64,000 nt of DNA from Klebsormidium nitens (lineage: Eukaryota > Plantae > Klebsormidiophyceae). Position 1 is the first letter of the stretch. Each line of letters opens with the position of its first letter. The translations under genes and the position numbers were made by a program. This document shows positions 24,833 through 49,500 of this stretch, piece by piece. A model generated the notes under the pieces. It searched no databases and had not been told where the DNA came from. It saw only the letters and a list, made by a program, of their open reading frames with translations. The stretch covers positions 1-64,000 of the forward strand of contig DF237330.1 in NCBI GenBank assembly GCA_000708835.1. The letters are read 5' to 3'.

Positions 24833-25492
24833 NNNNNNNNNNNNNNNNNNNNNNNNNNNNNNNNNNNNNNNNNNNNNNNNNNNNNNNNNNNNNNNNNNNN
24901 NNNNNNNNNNNNNNNNNNNNNNNNNNNNNNNNNNNNNNNNNNNNNNNNNNNNNNNNNNNNNNNNNNNNNNNNNNNNNNNNNNNNNNNNNNNNNNNNNNNN
25001 NNNNNNNNNNNNNNNNNNNNNNNNNNNNNNNNNNNNNNNNNNNNNNNNNNNNNNNNNNNNNNNNNNNNNNNNNNNNNNNNNNNNNNNNNNNNNNNNNNNN
25101 NNNNNNNNNNNNNNNNNNNNNNNNNNNNNNNNNNNNNNNNNNNNNNNNNNNNNNNNNNNNNNNNNNNNNNNNNNNNNNNNNNNNNNNNNNNNNNNNNNNN
25201 NNNNNNNNNNNNNNNNNNNNNNNNNNNNNNNNNNNNNNNNNNNNNNNNNNNNNNNNNNNNNNNNNNNNNNNNNNNNNNNNNNNNNNNNNNNNNNNNNNNN
25301 NNNNNNNNNNNNNNNNNNNNNNNNNNNNNNNNNNNNNNNNNNNNNNNNNNNNNNNNNNNNNNNNNNNNNNNNNNNNNNNNNNNNNNNNNNNNNNNNNNNN
25401 NNNNNNNNNNNNNNNNNNNNNNNNNNNNNNNNNNNNNNNNNNNNNNNNNNNNNNNNNNNNNNNNNNNNNNNNNNNNNNNNNNNNNNNNNNNN
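24833..25492. other. Assembly gap (660 N)
   Basis: Run of N. Both flanks carry the same 14-mer ggatcctttggtgc. The long X-filled ORFs in the track are artefacts of this gap. Confidence 0.99.
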
Positions 25493-26644
25493 GGATCCTT
25501 TGGTGCCGGCACCAAATTCGATCCGCATTGCGCGGCCGCGCAATGCAATACATACAACCCTAGCTACTCTAGCTTGACAGGTTATATTTCAATGCCATAT
25601 ATGTGTGGCACTGAGCGGCCACCGTACTTAGTGGGACTGAGTGGGTGGCTAATCATTGAATGCAGCATGCATGATAAGCCCGCCAGCGTTCATGGTAACT
25701 CTAGCTAGCTACAGTAGCTCTTTAGTAGGGCGCGTGCCGCTGCCAGTATAAGCATCCATACTTGATCGACCGGACTCACCGTACATACTAGTCATTTGCA
25801 GCAGCTTACGCGATTGCGTATATCCAGACTTGTGAGCCGGCGGCGCGGAAGCACTTGATCCGGTAAGTTGAAGTTGCCGAGTTGCATGGCACAACGATCA
25901 CGATGCATCCTAACCGGCCCAATCTTGTCGAGTTGGTATTCGGCACAGGCTATCTGTCCCGTACCAATCTTGCCAAGTTGGTCACGTGTTAGTAGAGCGA
26001 GCTTGTATGTTCGGTGCCATGTATACATGCAAAGGGGGTGTTCATTGAGATGATCTTTTGCTGCCGGCCGCCCTGCGGGTTCCGGTACTTCGCTTCACTG
26101 GCCCAGGCTTTCCGAGTTGACTCTAAGCTTATCCTTGGACTCGTCGATCCAGATACTCAATCTGAGCTTCGAGATTGTCACTTCAGACCTTGAAGAAGTA
26201 TTGAGGGTTAGCCTTGCAAAGGCCTGTGCTATTACCACGGCATGCTGCTGGAAACAACGCCATGCCCATGCGGCCACAGCGGGCTCATTGGATAGTCAGA
26301 TTCACATCCGGAGACCGTTGGAAGCAAGCCCGCCTCTCAAAACACAGGGTACTAACGTACGGTGGGTATTTCCAGATCAGAAAAAATCGCATACGTCAAA
26401 TCCAAGCGCAAACGTTGGACACCCAGACTCAGGTAAGTAGGCAGATTCTGGGCAACGAGATGGCTGCGCAAGAGGGACCAAAAAGCAACCGTTATAGGGG
26501 TTGCCGTGCACATCTTTTCTCCAGCTTCACACGCAAGCTGAGCAGCGGGATTTTATCCAAAAGACGACAAACTCTAATCAATCCAATACATATCATTGGG
26601 TCATGCATGTGCCGTCTTCTATTGAAGTGAGCAATCCGGTGACG

Positions 26645-39622
<12,978 letters not shown>

Positions 39623-40581
39623 TTTGCTGGCCGGTGGAATATGCAAATAAGCAGGTGCTTGCGGAAGATTCTGAAAGAAAGTGCTTGGTGTTCTCGAGCA
39701 ACCTCTATTTGATCCTCTGCCAAGGAAGGAAGAGCAGAGACGTATGGAGCTGGGAAGATACTGTCCGGTGATCACAAAGTCTCGGTGCAAGATGCAATGC
39801 TGCCAAACCGTGGAAGTAGAGCACCTTGTGCAACGCGTCGTGATTGCTGCAAACTCAAAAAGCTGCGCCGCAACCTTCATGGGGTCATCATAAGGCACCA
39901 GATTTGCAAAGGATCTGTGCGGTCTTGACAACCAATTCTTCGCTATTGGCCTGCTGTAGGCTTTCTAAGATACACAGACACGACTGGACCTCGAACAAGA
40001 GTCAATGGATGGGGACTGCCGCCATTGCACAGGGAGGCCGCCTAGGAGCTTACAACAGGCATCAGAACCAGCACTTCTCAAGCGCTTTCAAAAACTTGCC
40101 GAGCTTTTCTACATGTCCACCCAAGCTGCGCACACCTGCACTCACTGCCTCAGGAGTCAGGCTACGTACAGGGTTTGGAATTTAAAGGAAAGCATTCAAA
40201 ACGCATGGCGCGAAAAGTTGATCTGGCAAAGCCAGCCTCAAAAGCCAGCGCGCGCGTGACACGAGGCATTGGACTAGGAGAATCGCGTTCCGGTCCAGAT
40301 CGCGGATCCTGTTCTCAACCGGAATGATCTTCCTCTTGAGCCTCGACTCGAGAGCTCAAGAGCTACCTAGGTCCTGGGTAGATGGAGGAGGAGAGCGCCT
40401 GGCGCACTGTCTGGTGCAATAAGAATGGCGGACTCTGCAGCCTTTCGAAACAGCAAGTACGGGAGGGATGAATGTGAGCAGCAAAGGTGTAATATGATGG
40501 ATGTGCCCGGCATTCGGGGCGCCCCTTGATTATCGCGCCCGGTTGTGCTTAGGAACATAGATTATTGCACGAAACTTAACC

Positions 40582-43500
40582 ATGGCCAACTCTAGCATGT
40601 TGGGATGCCTCCGCTCGACTGGTGAAAGTAAGTTGTTTGCTTTTCCAAATTAATTCTCCTTGTTGTGTAGTGATGTTTCTAACCATTTTGAGACAGCAGC
40701 TCAGGTTGTGTCCATCCCTGCGTTTGAATATAGCTTCTCATATCAAGTCCTCGCTACCATGCTTAGAAACACATGCCCACAGTCACATTCTGTTTGGCAT
40801 GGATGCCTTCTGGTGCTACCTCTTCCTCCCGCAAGCAGGCGGAAAGACTCTGTGGCCTGCATCAGAATGATCCTGCTGTGATCGGCTCGCTTGGGTTGTC
40901 TACATTGGTAGCTGATTACCACTTGCTGTTTTTCGTAAAAAGGCTGCTGTTGATCATGCAACTGCAGAGCGGTGTCATCATGGAGAGCCGGATTCCAGTT
41001 GTCAGTAGCTCTCAAGGCGGCTTGGACTCTCAAGCCGCAGCTTAAGTGTTGTTCACAAATAAAGCACCCCGGCAAAGCCAGGGATTCTGAGCTTATTCCG
41101 GGATCAAAAGTACTTGATCCCATCAAGTTGTGTCAACCCCGGATTTCGTTCGAGTTTGTCTTCATATACATGCCACAAACCTGATTGAAGATGGTCAACA
41201 ATCTGCTTCTAGGGCACATTGCAGTTCCACTCTATCGTTTGTAGGTTCTTGACACGTACGAGGTTCTTAAACACTTTGGGCTGGTCTCAGCAGTTTGTAT
41301 GTATTCCTCGGTTAGTGGCCTACCGTATTCAGGTCTTTCACACTTTGTGGTTTGGCGGAGCTCACCCGAACCAGCTCCTGGTTCCGAGCGTGTTGCTGAA
41401 AATCATAGCCGAACTCTCGCTCAACTCTGTGCTTGTTTCCGCAGATTTCCTGGGCAATGCCGTCTCTCCAGAGCCTCTAAGTGCCCCTTGGCAGCCACAC
41501 GTGTCCAGATTCATCAGGGCCCTCTGCAGGAACTCTGAACCGTCCACACGCAGATGGCAGAGGCAGGTCGTTGCAGCTGCTCAAAGCAAGCAGCAATGGG
41601 TAGAATCCCGCTTTTCCGGAGGCTTAGATTTGTTTGGAATCAGTAGAGAGGCTATCGGCAACAATGAGGGGGCGTTGGGGTTCAGAATAGGTCGGGGGCT
41701 GTTGGTCTGCAGCGCAGCCCGGGGGTCGGGGCTACAGGACGCTCCTCCGGCAGTCACTCCGCAAACGCTTTGGCAGGTGAGGGTTTTCATGGGGCGGTGA
41801 CCCCAAAGTCACGGATTGAAGCTACATGGTTATGTTCATCTGAACCTAGTTGGATCGAAAGTGTGGGTTTCTTGTTTTTCGGCTTCCCCTCAAGCGACCG
41901 GGCTGCATTCAGTCAGAAAATCATGAGGGGGGCTTTCCTGCAATGTGCTGGTGCAATGCGCAGGTGCACTGCGTTTGGGCGACACGTTTTGTTGACCGGC
42001 AAGCAATGGATCCAATGCCAAATTGCCTTTGAAACTTATGCATCCTCCAGTTGAACAGACACCTCAAAGGGTCTCAGCCATTTGGTGTCATCAAGCACGC
42101 ACGCTTGCGAACAGCATTCTGACCATCTGACTGATTCACATGCTTCATTATGGCGCTTTCAATCTGCAAGATGGCGCCTTCTCCCCACAACTCGTGAAAT
42201 AGCGATCCCCCCTGTCTCGCACAACCTCTTCTTACTTCCCCTCACTTCCTCCCACGCTGACATCACCACGGTTGGTCGGTGACATCATCCAAATGTCGCA
42301 ATGCTGCGCAGGGCCTGAAACCAACGGTCTCTTACCTTTCCGACTACGAGCTCGATAGAGTGGAGGAGGGGCTCAAGGTGCGCAAATCACCTGTCTACTT
42401 TCTGCTTGGGTTTCACCACTTGTCCTCCTTGTATCTGACTATACGGCTGGAAGATTTTGTTTCTGTATCTGCTGCAGTGAGGATTGAGTTTGTTTCATCC
42501 CACTGACGCCTTCTGTTTGTCATTGAACGGAGTCCACCTTGGTTGGGAACAGCAAACCTGCTCTTCGTTTCCTCAATATTTGACATATTTGTCAGTCTTG
42601 CTTCTAGTAGCCCATGCAACCTAACTTCGGGGTCCTTGTCTTTTCTCACTGTCCCTTATCACGTCTATCTGTGTGCGTACAAACAACAATCTGGCCCGCG
42701 TGCTTTTGGATCAGTTGTGCCAGCTTTGGCTGCTTTCCCTACCTTCCGTACGATTCATATTTGTCCATGGCATGCCCGTGACATGGCAGGAAGTGTGTTG
42801 CAGGTTGCTTTTGACGCCCACGACGGGCAGCGGAGAAAGAGCGGCGAGCCGTACATCATCCACCCTGTTGCCGTTGCGGAGATCCTAGGACAAATGGTAA
42901 GCTCGCCATGTGTGCTTGGATTGCAACTTCAGTAGATTGATTTGGAGGAAGGAATTTACGCACATTTGCAGCATGAGCCCTCTTGAAGATCTCTGCGTCC
43001 CCTGGTTGTCAGCACTGTATGCCACAATGATGAGGGTTGGGGTTCAATGTTGAGGAAGTGAGTGTCGTGAGTACCTACGTTTTTGCGCTGAACATGTAAC
43101 TGTCAGTCTGCAAGGCCCCACCCAAATAAGTTGTATCCATAGGGTGCGAACCAGCCGAACATAACAAAGTTCGAGTGGAGGAAAGCTCCATCTCGGTCAC
43201 TGCTGAGTCTTACCACCCAGCACGAGGCGAGTCGATTTCGCACTTGTATAATGGGGTGGATTCTTTTGGTGTTGAGCTGGAAATCACTTTATCTCCCCCT
43301 CTTTTTCCGCAGCAAATGGACTGCGAAACGATTATTGCCGGCCTGCTCCACGACACCGTCGAAGACACCGACGCCGTCACTTTCGAGTCGATCGAGCGGC
43401 AGTTCGGGGCGGGGGTGCGGCGCATCGTGGAGGGGGAAACGAAGGTGTCGAAGCTGGGCAAGATTCAGCGGCCGAAGGAAGGAGCGCCCCCGCAGGACGT

Positions 43501-46500
43501 CAAGGCGGAGGACCTGCGCAGCCTCTTCTGCACGATGACCCAGGAGGTGGGGGCCTCTCTGGAGGTGTCTGTTTGACGAGAATTCTCGGTGGATACCTTT
43601 AGTGAGACGATTTGTGATGTTTCTTGTTTGTCCTTCGTGTCAATTGCTGCCACGGGCAGGGTCCTGCAGTCTGATACGATGTTGGTGAGGGAGGTTTAGA
43701 ATGGTGGGTTTTTGTGGGTAGCAATCTTGTCGCTTGGCCGGGGCTCGGGTGTTTGCCTGCTAAACTTCCAACTCCTCAAGTCCTGCCAGGATTGTCTAGG
43801 TCTGAGGTTCGTTTGCATCCATACCGGACTACCGTCTTGAAAATGTGCCAAGAGAAGGTCGGTGTTAAAAAGCCATTTATATAGGAGGGAAATCAAGGGC
43901 AAACTGCTGCGGAGGCTTCTTCAATTGTGTCAAGACACTTCTCCCGGACAATAACGGTCTCGTTTGACACAAGGTCTGATGCAGATTCCTGTTCCACACA
44001 GGTCCGCATCATCATCGTCAAACTAGCAGATAGATTGCACAACATGCGGACTCTGAGCCACATGCCTCCGCACAAACAGGTGGGTGCAATCCTCCACAAG
44101 CTTTTGATCTCATTGCCGGTGTTTGCCAAACAACGGCTCTCGAGGAACGTTTAGATTAAAGTCAGCCGGACTGACTAAGCTCAAGACATGTTTCGGGACT
44201 CTGTCTTTTTCAATACGCAACAGGGTTTAAAGCAGTAGTACAGGAGACAAGAAGTTGCCAAGGAGGTTTTGAAAGTCCCTCTTTCTTTGATGCAACCAGG
44301 GGGTGAGATCCACTTTCGGCTCAATGTTGAATGGATTAGCGCCAGTCAGCGATTCTCACCTGTTCTGTCCCCAACGCAGCACTACTTTGTGACGTAGGAT
44401 GTCTGCCCTGTGTGCTACAACGCATGCTGCAGACCCGCTCACTTTCCCTTGCAGCATCACATCGCCGACGAGACGCTGCGCGTGTTGGTTCCCCTGCTTT
44501 CGGTCATGCGGCGTCTGTTATATTCCTTTAAGAATGCTAACCCGCCTGGGATACAAAACACAGTACTCACCTAATGTTGGAGCGATACTCCTCTCAGCCC
44601 TTCCTATGACTGCTGCATCATTACAGTACGTTGCTTACACTCTCGCTCTATCCTGTAGCACTACATCGCCGACGAGACGCTGCGCGCTTTTGCCCCCCTC
44701 GCATGTCTTCCGGGCATGTACCGATCAGGAGCGAGTTGAAAAGGAGTTGTCATTCCTCAACACTAATTGTACGGGCATAAAGCAGGAACTGCTTGGATGT
44801 TCTCAAACTTTAACCTCCTCCGCAGCCATACATCGCCAACGAGGCGCTGCGCGTGTTTGCTTCGTCGCGCGCCTTCTGGGCATGTACCTCATCAAGAGCG
44901 AGCTGGAGGAGATGTCATTCCTCAGCACTAATTGTGACCTGCACAATCGCAGAAAAGACAATTGATGTATGTTCTAACATTCCAACTTTTTCCCACAGCA
45001 CTACATCGCCGACGAGACGCTGCGTGTGTTCGCCCCCCTGGCGCGGCTCCTGGGCATGTACCGCATATTGAGCGAGCTGCAGGAGCTGTCGTTCGTGAAT
45101 ACTAATAGTGACCTGCTGTTTACATGTTTTCACCTTATCGACTTTCCCCCGCAGCACTATATCGCCGACGAGACGCTGCGCGTGTTCGCCCCCCTGGCGC
45201 GGCTCCTGGGCATGTACCGCATCAAGAGCGAGCTGGAGGAGCTGTCGTTCATGTACAGCGCGCCGCAGCAGCACGCGCTCATCCGGCGCCGCATGGACGA
45301 GTTGCGCCGCCAGCAGGAGCCGGCCGTCGCCAAAGCCAAGCGGGATTTGGAGGACCGTCTCTCCAAGTGAGTCATTGAGCCTTTCTATTCTGCGCTTCCC
45401 TTTCTGGTGCATCCTGATTTGTTAATCCGCTCTTTCTTGCATAGAGTAGCAGTGCTACCAGCAGGAGTTGCTGGCGCCAAAGCCAAGCAGGGTCTGGAGG
45501 ACAGCCCCTCTTAGTCACTTTCCAAGCCTCAGTCAAATCAATGTCTAGCGGGCCGAATTTGTCGACCAATTAGTACAGGACTGTTCTGAGCCTTTCAATG
45601 TGGGATGGAATAGACCGTTCACCCCAAATGGAGGGTTGAAGTCTCTGGCGGGCTTGCTGGACTCTTCCATAAGGATGTCACGCTAGTCGTTTGAGGACTT
45701 GAAAGGTCGACGTTTGGGATATAGCGGCGTGGTGGGCTCCCGATGCTGGATCTTGGAATTGTTGGCAGTGACTGCACTGCTTTCTGGATCCGTTAGCTTC
45801 AAGGCAGGTTAGTTTCTCAGAAAAGGTTTCATACATCCGGCCAGTCCGAGCATTGCAGTTTGAACTTTCCGTCACCTTGCTTCAACTTTATTCTCGTTGA
45901 AACAGCCGGCCTGATACCTCTTCATTGCCTGCCGAAATTGTAAGCAAGTCGGTGGTTGACTGTGCTGTCGAATCGTTGCAGGGATGCGTGCCTGTGTTTG
46001 ACGCACAGCTTCCGGGTTGAAACGCTGTGCAAGGAAGCCTACAGCATCTACAAGAAAGTCAAAGCGAGCGGGTGCGAGATCGAGGACGTCTGCAACATTG
46101 CCCAGGTGAGGAAACAGTGATGACGGCCCCACCATCTGTTATGCACTGGCGTGATTATAGCGTAAGAATTGTAAGAATTGGAAGAATTGTAAGAGAATGC
46201 GCATGTTTGCATCTGTAGTGTAGTGTAGGAAAAAGGGCTTTTGTTGCAAACGCTATGCGGTGCCAAAAAGAATCGATGAGCGGCGGTATCCAGACACTGC
46301 TTACTTGGAGCCAAGGCCGTGGTCCGTTGACGTTTATTCCCACTCTGCGCGATTAAATGCGCTGATAGTCGCATTGTTCCTCCATGTATGAAGTCCTAAA
46401 AACCTCATAGACCGCATCACCTCTGGGTCCCATTCTGAGTCTGCAATAGGACTTTCGCAACTCAAGCGCTATTCCGTCCTGCAGTTGCGCATCATTCTGG

Positions 46501-49500
46501 AGCCCAAACCGGTAGCCAGCTGAGCCTCGCCCCACCTGGCGCGACGTTCATTGATCTGCATTCCTGCTGTGACTGAACTGCGAGAATTGGTGTTCTCGAA
46601 GTCTCGTCACTTCTCTTTCCAATTTCAGGCTTAGACCAATCGCTTCAATTTCATCCCGCAGTTGCGTATCATTCTGGAGCCCAAACCGATAGCTCAGCTG
46701 AGCCTCGCCCCACCGGGCGCAACGTTCACCGATCAGCAGCTGTGCTACCACGTGTTGGGACTGATCCACAAGATGTGGACACCTGTCCCTGGTGCGGTGA
46801 AGGATTACATCGCCACCGCGAAACCCAATGGGTACCGGAGCCTGCACACGACGCTCCTGCCGCTGGGGGCCAAGCCGTTGATTCCGCTAGAGGTGCAGGT
46901 AAGATTGTTCTGGTTGCTTACAAAATGCTCAGTTTTGTTGAAGCTCGCTGGTTTACGATAGTCTTCGGACGGGTTCCTGAGAGGGAGAATCCGACGGTTA
47001 CAAGGAGCCTGCACACAACGCTGCTGCCACGCCGTTGATTCCGCTGAAGGTGCAGGTAAGACTCTTCTGCTCCTTTCCTCCTGCCTGCCTGAAGTGTGAC
47101 TGGTTTAAGTCCGTCTAAAGACCCGAAGGACGCGAGGTTAGAGCTCAGAGGGTATGGGAGCTTAAACAGGATGCTCCTGCCGCTAGGGGCAACGCCGTTG
47201 ATTCCGCTTAAGGTGCAGGTAGGTTTCCTTTCACTGTCGTCAAGGTCGGCAAGTCTTTTAAAGTATTCTAAGGAAATTCTAAAAAATCACGATGTAGGAA
47301 AGGTCAACCGCTATTTGAGGGCTGCCGACCGGGCTGCTCATCAGCGCTGATTGTGTTCGCAGCTTCAAGTAAAAAACGCCACGACGTCCTTGATCTCCGT
47401 AAGCTTCCTTGAATGTGTTGCTACTGTTGGCAGTGTGCAAACCGAGAAGCTTTTGCAGGCTTAGGAAGCCTAATAGACACCAAACAGTGTACTTTGTGCT
47501 TTCGAGCCCGTGGTAACTTGTTTGGTCGGTCGGCCCTATGATATTCGTGCCACCATGCAGATCCGGACCGCCGATATGGACCGTGTTGCGGAGTGGGGCG
47601 ACCACTGTCGAGCGGGCGGCGGCGGCCTGGTGTATACGGAAGCCAGTACTTCAGAAAGCTCGGAGGACGGTGAGTCTTTTGAGTTCATTTTGCATCGTTC
47701 CTTCTCAGAATCTGCAGGTTTCCTTCGTTTTGGCTTGGGCTGCTATGAACGAATATGCTGGCTCACCGCAGGAGCCATGTTAATAGAGTGCAACACCTCC
47801 GTTGTTTGAAGGACTCTACTCTTGTGATGTCAATCTTCTAGCGGAGCTCGACCAGATCCGGCCAATCTCTTTGATGCTAAAGCGTCCAATCCTTACCTAA
47901 AAGATATCGTTCACGGCAATACCTCGTTCCGCCAAAGTTGTGCCCGGCTGGGGTCTCTGCCCTGCCATCGAATAATGTACCTTGCCTTTATTGAATCGAA
48001 CATCTTTGAGAAACTAGTTCGTGAAACACAGCAGGTGGGCACCACTCTGTGCCTCACCCAGTCTATCAAACAACGTTCTCACTCGCTCCAATGTCTCCCC
48101 CCATGCCTTCTTAAAATCCAGACATCTATGCAGGACCTCTTTGTGGTTTCCCGGGTATCTGCATCAGCAGTTTCCAAAATGGCCCGACTCTCCCACTGGC
48201 CGCCAAAAAAACCTCGGTTTCTCAGGGGCGATTATCCATTTAGTTTCTTTCTTCCTTTGTTTTGCACAGGTAACTGCAACGGAAACTCCCTCTACGGCCC
48301 CACTCTCCGCCTCGCCCGCAGCCGCGGTCCGGGTCTCGCGAACGAAGAAATAAAACGGCGTATGAAGTGGCTCGACTCGATCCGGGAGTGGCAAGAGGAG
48401 TTCGTCGGCAACATGACCGCGCGCGAGTTTGTGGATACCATTACTGGGGACCTGTTTAGCAGCCGCGTGTTTGTGTTTTCGACCAGCGGGGAGCCGCTGA
48501 ACCTGCCGAAGGGGGCGACGGTGATCGACTACGCATACCAGAAGGATACGCAGATGGCGAATAGGATGGTCGGAGCGAAGGTGAGGGCGTGCGATGTTCC
48601 TGTTCTCGCTTTGCTTCAATGCGGCAAAGCCAGCTTGGGCTGAGATATACCACAATTTTTGAAGTACCTGATAGGGGGGGTGACGAGGATTGACTACGCG
48701 CAAAAAGAGGATATGCAGAGGGCGAACCGGATGGTCGGCGTGAAGGTGAGGGCGTGCGTTTTTTTGGGTCTGTTCGCTCTGCTGTGCCATAGTCAACTGG
48801 GCTTGCTTATGTTGCATTTTCCAAATTGAGCATCGGCAAAAACTACACGTACCAAAAGCATACGCAGATGGCCAACAGGATGGTAGGCGCAACGGTGAGG
48901 ACGTGCATTGTGTCTATTCTCGCTTCGCTTCGCTGTGCCAAAGCCTGCTTGGGCTAGGGTATACCACGTTTTCCGGATTCCGGATAACCTGATAGTGGGA
49001 ATGAGGGAATGAATACGCGTGTTCAGAGAATACGCAGATGGCGAAGGGGATGGTGGGAGCAAAGGTGAGGGCATGCGATGTGTCCGGTTTGTTCCCGCTT
49101 TCAAGCTGCCCTGGCTTCTGTTGCATTTTCCGAGTCGAGGACCAGCGATAGTGGGGGCCACGCTGACTCACTTGGGCGTACTAAAACGATGAGCAGATTG
49201 CGAACAGGATGGTTGGAGCGAAGGTGAGGGCGTGTGTTGTCCGTTCTCGCTTCGACCTGCCGCAGTTTATGCTGCATTTCTCGAAGCCCAGACTGGCGGG
49301 TAGGGGGTGCTATTTGACGCATGTGGTGTTTGTTTTTCCCTAGGAAGTGTCACCGTAATCAACGCAGAAGTTGGTCCAGAGACGGTGGGATCACAAGTTC
49401 AGCGAGGAAGTGTTCTTGATGTACCGATCTTTCATTTGCTTCCGGAGTTTGAACAGCTTAGGAAACAGCAGATTCCACTTGACCCTTTGGGGTCTTCTGT

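Noticed and set aside
24659-25708. Five ORFs of 257-307 aa
   Set aside because: Artefacts of reading through the N gap.
46160-46200. Short minisatellites (gtaagaatt x4; also cagaatc variants at 56638-56670, a 13-bp pair at about 10953-10978 and a 34-bp pair at about 32504-32572)
   Set aside because: Ordinary slippage repeats with no further structure.
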